Positions 20,278 to 30,784 of a stretch of DNA of 64,000 nucleotides are shown one piece after another. Position numbers and translations under genes: made by a program. The first letter of the stretch is position 1. The number at the start of each line of letters is the position of its first letter. The stretch comes from an uncultured Actinomycetota bacterium (lineage in GTDB: Bacteria; Actinomycetota; Actinomycetes; Propionibacteriales; Nocardioidaceae), in the NCBI GenBank assembly GCA_963795065.1, contig CAWCGI010000005.1, positions 1,725,087-1,789,086 on the forward strand, read 5' to 3'. The notes under the pieces were generated by a model. The model was not told where the DNA came from. It worked only from the letters and a program-made list of their open reading frames with translations, and did not search any database.

Positions 20278-20907
20278 ATGTTGGACAGGTTCAAGAACTT
20301 CTGGCAGGGCGTCATGCTGGCGCCGATCGTCAACACCTTCATCAGGCTCGGCATCAGTCCCGACGCGGTGACCCTCGTCGGGACCCTGGGGGTCTCGGCC
20401 GGCGCACTGGTGTTCTTCCCGCAGGGCAAGCTGCTCACCGGCGTCCTCGTCATCACCGCCTTCGTGTTCAGCGACCTGGTCGACGGGGCCATGGCCCGGG
20501 CCACGGGGCGGACCTCGAAGTTCGGCGCCTTCTTCGACTCGACCCTCGACCGCATCGGCGACGCCGCCATCTTCGGCGGGCTGCTGCTCTACTTCGCCGG
20601 CCCGGGGGACAGCTACCTCTACCTCTGCCTCTCCCTCTACTGCCTGGTCATGGGCGCGGTCACCAGCTATGCCAGGGCCAAGGCCGAGTCGCTGGGCCTG
20701 AAGGCCCAGGGCGGCCTCGCCGAGCGGGCCGACCGCATCGTGGCGATCCTGGTGATGACCGGGCTGGGCGCGCTGTTCGACCTGCCGATCCTGATGGAGG
20801 TGACGATCTGGGCGCTCGCGCTGGCCAACACCGAGACCGTCGTACGTCGCATCCTGATGGTGCGCAAGCAGGCGCTGGCGGAGTCCTCCGAGGCCGGAAC
20901 GGCCTGA
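20278..20907 (+). CDS. pgsA: CDP-alcohol phosphatidyltransferase (phosphatidylinositol-phosphate synthase type)
   Basis: The D(x)2DG(x)2AR...G(x)3D(x)3D motif is present as [31 protein letters not shown]. Polytopic membrane protein in the conserved position after thrS-HIT. Confidence 0.9.
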   Translation: MLDRFKNFWQGVMLAPIVNTFIRLGISPDAVTLVGTLGVSAGALVFFPQGKLLTGVLVITAFVFSDLVDGAMARATGRTSKFGAFFDSTLDRIGDAAIFGGLLLYFAGPGDSYLYLCLSLYCLVMGAVTSYARAKAESLGLKAQGGLAERADRIVAILVMTGLGALFDLPILMEVTIWALALANTETVVRRILMVRKQALAESSEAGTA

Positions 20908-20975
20908 TCGGCAGCATCGCCCGGCCGGCGCCGCCCGGGTACGCCGGCACCTCCCGCCGGACGTACGATGCGGCC

Positions 20976-21893
20976 ATGGCTGACATCCCCTCATCGATCC
21001 CGCAGAGCTCGCCCGAGCGAGGCACCTCGCGCGTCAAGCGCGGCATGGCCGAGATGCTCAAGGGCGGCGTGATCATGGACGTGGTCACCGCGGAGCAGGC
21101 GAAGATCGCCGAGGACGCCGGGGCGGTCGCGGTGATGGCGCTGGAGCGCGTTCCCGCCGACATCCGCGCGCAGGGCGGGGTCTCGCGGATGAGTGACCCG
21201 GACATGATCGACGGCATCATCGAGGCGGTCTCGATCCCGGTGATGGCCAAGGCCCGCATCGGGCACTTCGTCGAGGCGCAGGTGCTGCAGAGCCTGGGCG
21301 TGGACTACGTCGACGAGTCCGAGGTGCTCACCCCGGCCGACTACGCGAACCACATCGACAAGTGGGCGTTCACGGTGCCGTTCGTGTGCGGGGCGACGAA
21401 CCTGGGCGAGGCGCTGCGCCGGATCACCGAGGGCGCCGCGATGATCCGGTCCAAGGGCGAGGCCGGCACCGGCGACGTGTCCAACGCGGTGACGCACATG
21501 CGCACCATCCGGCGCGAGATCCGTCGACTGGCTGCCCTGTCCGAGGACGAGCTCTACGTCGCCGCCAAGGAGCTGCAGGCGCCGTACGACCTGGTCCAGG
21601 AGGTGGCCGCCAGCGGCCGGCTGCCGGTCGTGCTGTTCACCGCGGGCGGCATCGCCACCCCGGCCGACGCCGCCATGATGATGCAGCTCGGCGCCCAGGG
21701 CGTCTTCGTCGGCTCGGGCATCTTCAAGTCCGGGAACCCGGCCCAGCGGGCCGAGGCGATCGTGAAGGCGACCACGTTCCACGACGACCCCGACGTGCTC
21801 GCCAAGGTCTCCCGCGGGCTCGGCGAGGCGATGGTCGGGATCAACGTCGAGGAGCTCCCGCAGCCGCATCGGCTGGCCGACCGCGGCTGGTGA
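20976..21893 (+). CDS. pdxS: Pyridoxal 5'-phosphate synthase lyase subunit PdxS
   Basis: [38 protein letters not shown]...GEAGTGDV...[14 protein letters not shown] is an unmistakable PdxS sequence. Confidence 0.95.
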   Translation: MADIPSSIPQSSPERGTSRVKRGMAEMLKGGVIMDVVTAEQAKIAEDAGAVAVMALERVPADIRAQGGVSRMSDPDMIDGIIEAVSIPVMAKARIGHFVEAQVLQSLGVDYVDESEVLTPADYANHIDKWAFTVPFVCGATNLGEALRRITEGAAMIRSKGEAGTGDVSNAVTHMRTIRREIRRLAALSEDELYVAAKELQAPYDLVQEVAASGRLPVVLFTAGGIATPADAAMMMQLGAQGVFVGSGIFKSGNPAQRAEAIVKATTFHDDPDVLAKVSRGLGEAMVGINVEELPQPHRLADRGW

Positions 21894-22059
21894 GACCAGT
21901 CCGGTATAGCCCACTTGAGTCAATTGTCGGAAATAGTTACATCTGTCCACATTTGGCAGCAAGATTGCTCTTGCATCGCTTCGTGCGATCAACCCACCTG
22001 GTCTCGGTGGAGTGCCGCCGCGGGGGAGGCACTCCACCGGGACTCTTGGTGCAGGTCCC
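21894..22059 (+). other. AT-rich, hairpin-dense 166-nt spacer between pdxS and pdxT (candidate structured RNA or regulatory element)
   Basis: Flanking 8-bp inverted repeat GAGACCAG (21892-99) / CTGGTCTC (21998-22005). Hairpins at 21959-74 (gcaaga/tcttgc), 21975-89 (atcgc/gcgat), 22006-38 (11-bp ggtggagtgcc/ggcactccacc) and 22039-59 (gggac/gtccc). Locally low G+C. Confidence 0.35.
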
Positions 22060-22672
22060 GTGACCGGCCCGCGCATCGGGGTTCTCGCGCTGCAGGGCGA
22101 CGTGCGGGAGCACCTCACGGCCCTCGACTCCCTCGGCGTCGCCGCCCTGGCCGTACGCCGGCCCGCCGAGCTCGACTCCTGCGACGCGATCGTGATCCCG
22201 GGCGGTGAGTCCACGACGATGGCCAAGCTGGCCCGCATCTTCGACCTCTTCGACCCGCTCCAGCAGCGGATCGCCGACGGGATGCCCGTCTTCGGCACCT
22301 GTGCCGGGATGATCCTGCTCGCGGACCGCGTCGAGGACGGCACCGCCGACCAGGAGACCCTCGGTGGGCTCGACATCACCGTGCGCCGCAACGCGTTCGG
22401 TCGCCAGGTCGACTCCTTCGAGGGGGACATCGAGTTCAGCGGCCTCGACGATCCGGTGCACGGCGTCTTCATCCGTGCGCCCTGGGTCGAGTCCGCGCGG
22501 TCCGGAGGTCGAGGTGCTTGCTCGCGTGGGCACCGGCGACGCCGTGGGTAGGATCGTGGCGGTCCGTCAGGGGCCGTTGCTGGCGACGTCCTTCCATCCT
22601 GAGGTGGGCGCCGACCTTCGCATCCATCGACTCTTCTGCGACCTGGTCGCGGGCAGCACGACCACCGACTAG
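22060..22672 (+). pseudogene. pdxT: Pyridoxal 5'-phosphate synthase glutaminase subunit PdxT, frameshifted as sequenced (~22497)
   Basis: GTG 22060 gives [18 protein letters not shown]...[11 protein letters not shown]...[11 protein letters not shown]. The frame then shifts +1 to [10 protein letters not shown]...[20 protein letters not shown]...*. Length is 613 nt, which is 3n+1. Confidence 0.88.
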
Positions 22673-22703
22673 GGCGTCAAGCCGTCTAGGGAAGGAACAC
22701 CGC

Positions 22704-23463
<760 letters not shown>

Positions 23464-23467
<4 letters not shown>

Positions 23468-24367
23468 GCCGCCGAGGTCGCGGCCAGCCCGAAGAAGTCG
23501 CGGACCAGCGTCGCGCTGTCCAGGTCGCGCGCCGTCCGCCCAGGATGAGCGGCGCGCGGTGGTCCGGGTTGGGGATGGTGTGCCCGCCGCCCTCCACTGC
23601 GTAGAAGTCGACCGGCGCGCGCCCCTGCTCCCGCCAGCGGGTCAGGGTCGTGGCGAGCCGGCCGGAGGTCACCTGCTCGGTCACGGGATCCCCTGTGATC
23701 CCGTTGCGCTCGGCGAAGTGGCGCGCCGAGTCGAGTGAGGACATCACCGGCCCACGGGGCATCAGGCCGAACAGGCTGGCCACGCCGCCCTCGAAGGGCA
23801 CGATCGGGTCCTTGGTCCCGTTGACGCAGAGCACCGGCATCGCGCGGTGCTGGTCCCGCTCGGAGCTCTCGGGGAGCAGGTTCTCGGCCGTGGGGTGGTT
23901 GGAGGCGATGATCGCGGCACCGGCGATCAGGTCGGGCACCTCGAGGACGAGCCGGATCACCATCTGCGCCGCCGTTGGAGAACCCCGCCGCGAAGACCCG
24001 GGACGCGGGTACGGCGTACTGCTCGCCGCAGCCCCGCGACCAGGGTCGAGAGGAACTCCACGTCGTCGATGCCCAGCTCTCGCGCCGGCGCCTGCGTGCC
24101 CAGCCGGGCGTCGTTCCACTTGCCCCGATGGGCCTCGGGATAGACGACGAGGACGCCTTCGTCGGCCAGCCGGTCGAAGGTGTGTCCGCTGAGTTCGCGG
24201 ATCCCGGCGGCGTCGGAGTCCGAGCCGTGCAGCACCAGCAACAGCGATGTCGGCGGCGTGACCGGGGCCACCACGTGGAAGGTGCGCTGGACGGCTCCGA
24301 CGTTCAGGGTCCCGGGATGCTCGTCGCTCACCGTGCCACCGTAGCCAGCACGGTCTCTGCGGGCCAT
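23464..24367 (-). pseudogene. PHB-depolymerase-family (LpqC-like) esterase, three frameshifts as sequenced
   Basis: Four collinear pieces: MARRDRAG...LLLVLHGS...[16 protein letters not shown], then [19 protein letters not shown] (nucleophile elbow), then [20 protein letters not shown]...NGTKDPIVPFEGG...AVEGGGHTIPNPDHRAPLILG, then TARDLDSATLVRDFFGLAATSAA*. Frame changes fall near 24025, 23967 and 23537. Length is 904 nt. Confidence 0.75.
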
Positions 24368-24454
24368 GGCCGGTCACGGCGCGTCGTACCGCCGGTGCCC
24401 GGCCGCGGCGTTAGCGTGGTGCGAACAGGTGTTCGGACGACCGAGGGAGACTCC

Positions 24455-25022
24455 ATGCGCGTGCTGGGCATCGACCCGGGCCTCACCCGCTGCGGTGTGG
24501 GGGTCGTCGAGGGCTCGGTCGGCAGGCCGCTGTCCCTGGTCGACGTCGGAGTGATCCGCACCGGTGCGGAGCTGCCCATCGAGCAGCGACTGTGCCTGAT
24601 CGAGGCCGGCATCGAGGAGTGGCTGGACGCGACGCTGCCCGACTCGGTGGCGGTCGAGCGGGTGTTCAGCCAGCACAACGTGAAGACCGTGATGGGCACC
24701 GCCCAGGCGAGCGGCATCGCGCTGCTGGTGGCGGCCCGCCGCGGGCTGCCGGTGACGCTGCACACGCCGAGCGAGGTGAAGGCGTCGGTGACCGGCAGCG
24801 GCCGCGCCGACAAGGCCCAGGTCGGTGCGATGGTCACCCGGCTGCTGCGGCTCGCGGAGGTGCCGAAGCCGGCCGACGCGGCCGACTCCCTCGCGCTGGC
24901 CATCTGCCACATCTGGCGTGGAGGCGCCGGCAACCGGCTCGACGCGGCCGTGGCGGCGCACGCAGCGGCCCACCCCGCACGCCCACCTTCCAGCCGCTCG
25001 AGAGCAGGAGCACGCACGATGA
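24455..25022 (+). pseudogene. ruvC: Crossover junction endodeoxyribonuclease RuvC, with no in-frame stop before ruvA (probable +1 indel near the 3' end)
   Basis: ATG 24455 follows gagggag and gives [20 protein letters not shown]...[15 protein letters not shown]. As sequenced the frame runs straight into ruvA. The +1 frame ends ...[11 protein letters not shown] with a TGA overlapping the ruvA ATG (ATGA). 24455-25022 is 568 nt, which is 3n+1. Confidence 0.75.
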
Positions 25023-25627
25023 TCGCCTTCGTCCGGGGACGGGTCGCAGCCGTCGGACTCACCTCCGCCGTTCTCGAGGTCGGGGGAGTGGGCCTCGAGC
25101 TGCACTGCACGCCCGACACGATCGCCGCACTCCGCGTGGGCTCCGAGGCCACCCTGCCGAGCAGCATGGTGGTGCGCGAGGACTCGCTGACGCTCTTCGG
25201 GTTCGCCGACGAGGACGAGAAGCAGATGTTCGAGCTCGTCCAGACCGCCAGCGGGGTCGGGCCCAAGCTCGCCCAGGCCATGCTCGCCGTGCACCGGCCC
25301 GAGACCCTGCGCCGCGCCGTGAGCGCGGACGACGTGAAGACGCTGACCCACGTCCCGGGGATCGGCCAGAAGGGTGCGCAGCGGATCATCCTGGAGCTCC
25401 GTGACCGGATCGGCGCCCCGACCACGTCCTCGGCACCCGCCAGGCCGGGTTCGTCCGCGTCCGCCGGGTGGCAGCCGCAGGTGCAGGCCGGCCTGGTCGG
25501 ACTCGGCTGGTCGGCCCGGGAGGCGGACCAGGCGGTCAGCGCGGTGACGCCCGAGGCGGAGCAGATGACCGTCCCGGACGTGGCACTCCTGCTCCGCGCC
25601 GCCCTGCGCACGCTGAGCAAGGCGTGA
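25019..25627 (+). CDS. ruvA: Holliday junction branch migration complex subunit RuvA
   Basis: [12 protein letters not shown]..., HhH motifs ([13 protein letters not shown]-like, [17 protein letters not shown]) and a C-terminal domain III. Confidence 0.9.
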   Translation: MIAFVRGRVAAVGLTSAVLEVGGVGLELHCTPDTIAALRVGSEATLPSSMVVREDSLTLFGFADEDEKQMFELVQTASGVGPKLAQAMLAVHRPETLRRAVSADDVKTLTHVPGIGQKGAQRIILELRDRIGAPTTSSAPARPGSSASAGWQPQVQAGLVGLGWSAREADQAVSAVTPEAEQMTVPDVALLLRAALRTLSKA

Positions 25628-25631
25628 ACCG

Positions 25632-26732
25632 GTGAACGACTCCGAGCTCGAGGCGGCAGAGGTGGCCTACCTGACCACCAGGCCCTCCGGCGGGCCGTTG
25701 ACCGCGGCCGACGCGGACGGGGACGAGAGGGTCGTCGAGGCCGCCCTGCGCCCCCGCACGCTCGAGGAGGTGGTGGGCCAGGAGCGAGTCCGCGAGCAGC
25801 TCTCGCTGCTCCTCCAGGCTGCCCGGGCTCGGCAACGCGTGCCGGACCACGTCCTGATGAGCGGGCCACCCGGGCTCGGCAAGACCACGCTCGCGATGAT
25901 CATCGCTGCCGAGATGAGTGCGCCGCTGCGCCTGACCAGCGGTCCGGCCATCACCCACGCGGGTGACCTCGCAGCGATCCTGTCCGGACTCAACGAGGGA
26001 GACGTGCTCTTCGTCGACGAGATCCACCGGATGTCGCGGCCGGCCGAGGAGATGCTCTACATGGCGATGGAGGACTTCCGGGTCGACGTGGTGATCGGGA
26101 AGGGCCCCGGCGCGACGGCCATCCCGCTGGAGATCCCGCCCTTCACCCTCGTCGGCGCGACGACGCGGGCCGGTCTGCTGCCCAGCCCGCTGCGCGACAG
26201 GTTCGGGTTCACGGCCCGGCTGGAGTTCTACGAGCCGGAGGACCTCGAGCGCATCGTGCACCGCTCGGCCGGGCTGCTCGACGTCGAGCTGCGCACCGAC
26301 GGAGCACGCGAGATCTCCCTGCGCTCGCGGGGAACCCCGCGGATCGCCAATCGACTGCTCCGCCGGGTCCGCGACTTCGCCCAGGTGCGCGCCGACGGCA
26401 TCGTCACCCGCGATCTCGCCCGCGCTGCCCTGGAGCTGTTCGAGGTCGACGAGTCGGGGCTGGACCGCCTCGACCGGTCCGTGCTCGACGTGCTCTGCCG
26501 TCGCTTCGGGGGCGGTCCGGTCGGGGTCAGCACGCTCGCCGTGGCCGTGGGGGAGGAGCGGGAGACCGTCGAGGAGGTGGCCGAGCCGTTCCTGGTGCGC
26601 CAGGGGTTGCTCGCGCGCACACCGCGCGGACGGGTCGCCACGCCCGCCGCGTGGAACCACCTCGGCCTCACTCCGCCTGCGGGCGTGGGAGGAGACGGCG
26701 ACCCGACACTGTTCGGGTCGGAGTCAGAATGA
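25632..26732 (+). CDS. ruvB: Holliday junction branch migration DNA helicase RuvB
   Basis: Walker [12 protein letters not shown], Walker [11 protein letters not shown], and sensor/arginine regions [16 protein letters not shown]. Confidence 0.95.
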   Translation: MNDSELEAAEVAYLTTRPSGGPLTAADADGDERVVEAALRPRTLEEVVGQERVREQLSLLLQAARARQRVPDHVLMSGPPGLGKTTLAMIIAAEMSAPLRLTSGPAITHAGDLAAILSGLNEGDVLFVDEIHRMSRPAEEMLYMAMEDFRVDVVIGKGPGATAIPLEIPPFTLVGATTRAGLLPSPLRDRFGFTARLEFYEPEDLERIVHRSAGLLDVELRTDGAREISLRSRGTPRIANRLLRRVRDFAQVRADGIVTRDLARAALELFEVDESGLDRLDRSVLDVLCRRFGGGPVGVSTLAVAVGEERETVEEVAEPFLVRQGLLARTPRGRVATPAAWNHLGLTPPAGVGGDGDPTLFGSESE

Positions 26733-26848
26733 ACCGGTGACGGCCGTTACACTTCACGTTCGGTGCCGTACCGGTCCCTGCGCTCGAGACCTCTCCGGTC
26801 TCGACGGCGGATCCACGGCAACCACCGACCTGTTTCCTTCCTTGGGAG

Positions 26849-27178
26849 TTGTCTGTCGTGCCTGCCTATGCGCAGTTGCTCGTGATCGTCGTGGCGATGC
26901 TCGTCTTCTGGGCCATCGTGATGCGTCCCGCCCGGACCCAGCAGAGACGGGTCCAGGACCTGCAGAGCCAGCTCGAGGTCGGCCAGGAGGTGGTGCTGTC
27001 CGCGGGGATCTTCGGCACGATCCGCTCGTTGAGCGAGGGACGGGTCGAGCTCGAGGTGGCACCCGGCACCGTCATCACGGTGGCGCGCCAGGTCGTCGTA
27101 CGCCGGGTCGAAGATCTCGAGGCCGGTCGCGCATCCGACCCGTCGGGGGAGTCGGACCCGACCCAGGCAGAGGACTGA
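26849..27178 (+). CDS. yajC: Preprotein translocase subunit YajC
   Basis: Single TM helix followed by RPARTQQRRVQDLQSQLEVGQEVVLSAGIFGTI. It sits in the conserved position before secD. Confidence 0.85.
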   Translation: MSVVPAYAQLLVIVVAMLVFWAIVMRPARTQQRRVQDLQSQLEVGQEVVLSAGIFGTIRSLSEGRVELEVAPGTVITVARQVVVRRVEDLEAGRASDPSGESDPTQAED

Positions 27179-27193
27179 GGAGACAACATCACC

Positions 27194-28927
27194 GTGGCGA
27201 AGAGCAAGCTCCGCCCCGCACGAACGCTGATCGTCTTCGGGCTCACGATCGCGGTGCTCTACGGGCTGGCCGCGCTCGGACAGACCTGGAAGCCGCGCCT
27301 GGGGCTCGACCTCGAGGGCGGCACCAGGATCACGTTGTCGGCGATCCCGGAGGGCGGGGAGATCACCGCGACCAAGCTCGACCAGGCAGCCAGCATCGTC
27401 GACTCGCGCGTCAACGGCAGCGGCGTCTCCGAGGCTGAGGTCTCCACCCAGGGCAACCGCAACATCATCGTGGAGATCCCGGGCAGGAACCGCACCGACC
27501 TCGTGGACGCGGTCCAGCGCACCGCCCAGCTCAGGTTCCGCCTCGTGGTCGGATCCCCGCAGCCGGGCACACCTGCCCCCGACCCGAGCGACTCCGCGTC
27601 ACCGAGCCCCTCGGGCAAGGCCTCTCCGTCCGGTGCGGCCTCGCCCTCGGGCAAGGCGAAGCCGAAGAAGACACCCGAGGTCGGCAAGGCCACGCCCAAC
27701 CCGCGGCCGGCGCCGTTCGCCACCACGCCGGACCCCACGCCGGCGCCCTCCCAGCAGCCTTCCGCGCCGGCCGACCCGACGGCCCCGACGCAGGAGCAGC
27801 CGCAGGTCACCGAGAAGGGTGCCTCCGTCGACGACCCGCTGGCCTGGTCCCAGGACCCCGGCGTCGAGTGGCTGCAGAAGTTCGCCGCGTTCACCTGCCC
27901 GCCCAAGGGCGAGGCCGCCGCGCCGGTCGCCGACAACCCGGACGATCCACTGATGGCGTGTGACGAGAACGGGCAGAAGTTCCTGCTCTCCCAGTCACTG
28001 ATCGAGGGCACCGAGCTCAAGTCGGCGTCCTACGGCACCCCGCAGAACGGTGTCGGATGGGCCGTGAACCTCGGCTTCAAGAGCTCCGCGCGCAAGGTGT
28101 TCGGTGACACCACCACGGCGTTGAACCAGAACCAGGGGACCTTCGCGATCGTGCTCGACGGAAGCGTGATCTCCTACGCCGGCGTCAACGAGCCGATCCT
28201 CGACGGCAACGCGCAGATCACCGGCGACTTCTCCGAGGACGAGGCACGCTCGCTGTCCAACTCACTGAAGTACGGCGCCCTGCCGATCAGGTTCGCCGAG
28301 CCCACGATCGTGACCATCGGACCCTCGCTCGCCGGCAACCAGCTGTCCGCGGGCATCCTCGCCGGCCTGGCCGGGCTGTTCATCGTGATGCTCTACTGCC
28401 TCGTCTACTACCGCGGACTGGGGCTGGTGGTCATCGCGTCCCTGCTCGTGGCCGGCATCGTCACCTACGGGACGGTGCTCGTGCTCGCCAAGGCGGCAGG
28501 GTTCACCCTGACGCTGCCCGGCATCGCGGGCCTGATCGTCGGCGTCGGCATCACCGCGGACTCCTTCATCGTCTACTTCGAACGGATCCGCGACGAGATG
28601 CGCGACGGCAGGTCGATGCGCGTCGCCGTGGAGACCGGCTGGGCCCGGGCGCGGAACACCTGCCTCGCCGCCGATGCGGTCTCGATCCTGGCCGCCGTGG
28701 TGCTCTACATCTTCGCGATCGGTGTCGTGCGCGGGTTCGCCTTCGCGCTCGGCATCAGCACGCTCATCGACGTCGCGGTGTTCTTCTTCTTCACCAAGCC
28801 GACGATGACGCTGCTCGCGAAGCGACGCTTCTTCAACACCGGACACAGGTTCTCCGGGCTCTCCCGCGAGACCCTCGGCATCGACGAGAGCCCGAAGCAC
28901 GCACAGCTGGTCGGAGGGACTGCCTGA
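27194..28927 (+). CDS. secD: Protein translocase subunit SecD
   Basis: N-terminal TM helix, periplasmic domain with an actinobacterial Pro/Ser-rich insert, and a C-terminal 6-TM bundle (GFTLTLPGIAGLIVGVGITADSFIVYFERIRDE). Confidence 0.95.
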   Translation: MAKSKLRPARTLIVFGLTIAVLYGLAALGQTWKPRLGLDLEGGTRITLSAIPEGGEITATKLDQAASIVDSRVNGSGVSEAEVSTQGNRNIIVEIPGRNRTDLVDAVQRTAQLRFRLVVGSPQPGTPAPDPSDSASPSPSGKASPSGAASPSGKAKPKKTPEVGKATPNPRPAPFATTPDPTPAPSQQPSAPADPTAPTQEQPQVTEKGASVDDPLAWSQDPGVEWLQKFAAFTCPPKGEAAAPVADNPDDPLMACDENGQKFLLSQSLIEGTELKSASYGTPQNGVGWAVNLGFKSSARKVFGDTTTALNQNQGTFAIVLDGSVISYAGVNEPILDGNAQITGDFSEDEARSLSNSLKYGALPIRFAEPTIVTIGPSLAGNQLSAGILAGLAGLFIVMLYCLVYYRGLGLVVIASLLVAGIVTYGTVLVLAKAAGFTLTLPGIAGLIVGVGITADSFIVYFERIRDEMRDGRSMRVAVETGWARARNTCLAADAVSILAAVVLYIFAIGVVRGFAFALGISTLIDVAVFFFFTKPTMTLLAKRRFFNTGHRFSGLSRETLGIDESPKHAQLVGGTA

Positions 28928-30159
28928 TGGGCAAGATGAGCAGGCTGGGCAACGCCCTCTACGAGGGCGATGTCTCCATCGACTTCGTCGGCCGCAAGTG
29001 GCTCTGGTACTCCGTCTCGGCGATCATCGTGCTGATGGCCGTGGGCGGTCTCTACTTCAAGGGCCTCAACTTCGGCATCGAGTTCGAGGGCGGCGTCGAG
29101 TACGCCATCACCGTCCCCGCCGACCAGGCCAACCAGGACACGGCCGACAAGGTCCGGACGACGATCGCCGAGACCGGCATCGACGCCGCGTCGGCCCCGA
29201 TCGTGAACACCGCCGGCACCGACACGATCAGGGCGCAGACCGAGGAGCTCACCAACGACCAGGCACGGGAGATCACCCGGGCCATCGCCGACGCCATCGG
29301 CATCGACGCCGAGGACGACATCTCCACCCAGGACGTGGGCGCGAGCTGGGGTGAGCAGGTCGCGAAGCGTGCCCTGACCGGCCTGGTCGTGTTCCTGATC
29401 CTGGTGGTGCTCTTCATCTGGGCCTACTTCCGTGAGTGGAAGATGTCGGTGGCCGCCCTGGTGGCCCTGGCCCACGACGTGGTGATCACGGTCGGCATCT
29501 ACGCCCTGTCCGGCTTCGAGGTGACCCCGGCCACCGTCACCGGCCTGTTGACCATCCTCGGGTTCTCGCTCTACGACACCGTGGTCGTCTTCGACAAGGT
29601 GCGGGAGAACACCCGCAACCTGAGACAGAGCCGTCGCACCTACTCCGAGCTCGCGAACCTGGCCGTGAACCAGACGCTGGTGCGCTCGATCAACACCTCG
29701 ATCGTGGCGCTGCTCCCGGTCGGCGCGATCCTCTACGTCGGCGTGGTCAGCCTCGGCACCGGGTCGCTCAAGGACCTCGCCCTGTCCCTGTTCGTCGGGA
29801 TGGCCGCCGGTGCCTACTCCTCGATCTTCATCGCCACGCCGCTCGCCGTACAGCTGAAGGCGCACGAGAAGGAGATCACCCAGCAGGACGCGCGCGCCAG
29901 GGCCCGCTCCCGTCGGGGCGTGGACCGCTACGCCGACGTGCCGGTGTTCACCGACGACCTGCCGCTGCGCGACCACGACGAGGACGAGGACCTGCTGGAG
30001 GACCAGGACGAGACGTCTCCGGTCACGGCCCCACCGCGTCGTCCCGAGGCATCCGGGTCCGGCCGCGTCGTACCCGATGCCAAGGCGCCGCTGCGTGACT
30101 CCGGGGCGGCCAAGCGCAGCCAACCCACGCGGCAGCCCAGGTCCAAGCGCGGGAAGTGA
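28927..30159 (+). CDS. secF: Protein translocase subunit SecF
   Basis: The ATG overlaps the secD stop. Contains FGIEFEGG and the SecF TM bundle ([20 protein letters not shown]). Confidence 0.95.
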   Translation: MGKMSRLGNALYEGDVSIDFVGRKWLWYSVSAIIVLMAVGGLYFKGLNFGIEFEGGVEYAITVPADQANQDTADKVRTTIAETGIDAASAPIVNTAGTDTIRAQTEELTNDQAREITRAIADAIGIDAEDDISTQDVGASWGEQVAKRALTGLVVFLILVVLFIWAYFREWKMSVAALVALAHDVVITVGIYALSGFEVTPATVTGLLTILGFSLYDTVVVFDKVRENTRNLRQSRRTYSELANLAVNQTLVRSINTSIVALLPVGAILYVGVVSLGTGSLKDLALSLFVGMAAGAYSSIFIATPLAVQLKAHEKEITQQDARARARSRRGVDRYADVPVFTDDLPLRDHDEDEDLLEDQDETSPVTAPPRRPEASGSGRVVPDAKAPLRDSGAAKRSQPTRQPRSKRGK

Positions 30160-30169
30160 GGTTGCCGGC

Positions 30170-30717
30170 GTGCCCGATCCTGCCCTGAGCGAGATGGTCG
30201 ACCGGCTGGTCCGCGACGTTCCCGACTTCCCCAAGCCGGGCGTGATGTTCAAGGACATCACCCCGCTGCTCGACGACCACGCGGCGTTCACCGCCGTCGT
30301 CGCTGCGCTGGCTGCAGCAGGCCGCGACGACTCCGGAGCCGTCGTCGTGGACAAGGTGGTCGGGATGGAGGCGCGTGGCTTCATCCTCGCGGCTCCGGTG
30401 GCGCTGGCGCTCGGCGTCGGCTTCGTCCCGGTGCGCAAGCCGGGCAAGCTGCCCTGGCAGACCCGTGAGGTCAGCTATCGAGCTCGAGTACGGCGAGGAG
30501 ACCCTCGCCATGCACACGGACGCCCTCGAGCCCGGCGAGCGCGTGCTGGTCGTCGACGACGTGCTCGCCACCGGCGGGACCGCCCGGGCCACCGCCCAGC
30601 TGATCGAGGGAGCCGGCGCGGTCGTGCACGGACTCGCGATGCTGCTGGAGCTGAGCTTCCTGCCCGGGCCGGGCTGCTGTCGGCGACCTCCCCCTCACGG
30701 TCCTGCACACGGTCTAG
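30170..30717 (+). pseudogene. apt: Adenine phosphoribosyltransferase, two frameshifts as sequenced (~30479 and ~30669)
   Basis: [35 protein letters not shown]...TREVSY, then [12 protein letters not shown]...[14 protein letters not shown] (PRPP loop)...ELSFLPG, then [15 protein letters not shown]. Length is 548 nt, which is 3n+2. The breaks create the artefactual 1009-aa apt-relA ORF. Confidence 0.88.
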
Positions 30718-30784
30718 GAGTCAGCGGTCGCACTGCGCGCCTAGACTGGAGCACGATCGTCTGAGCGGGCTGGAGGGAGGGATC

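Noticed and set aside
21892-22005. Miniature inverted-repeat transposable element between pdxS and pdxT
   Set aside because: The terminal inverted repeat is only 8 bp. No target-site duplication is evident and no second copy occurs in this window. This cannot be excluded without a whole-genome search, so it is mentioned only as one option in the finding.
21915-22208. 97-aa ORF starting in the pdxS-pdxT spacer
   Set aside because: It begins in the AT-rich spacer and then overlaps pdxT out of frame. It has Cys/Trp/Arg-rich composition, poor GC3 at the start and no family resemblance.
23975-25627. 550-aa ORF spanning the esterase region, ruvC and ruvA
   Set aside because: The first about 160 codons are antisense to the esterase gene. 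ruvC starts at 24455 behind an SD. The ruvC-ruvA read-through is treated separately as a probable indel.
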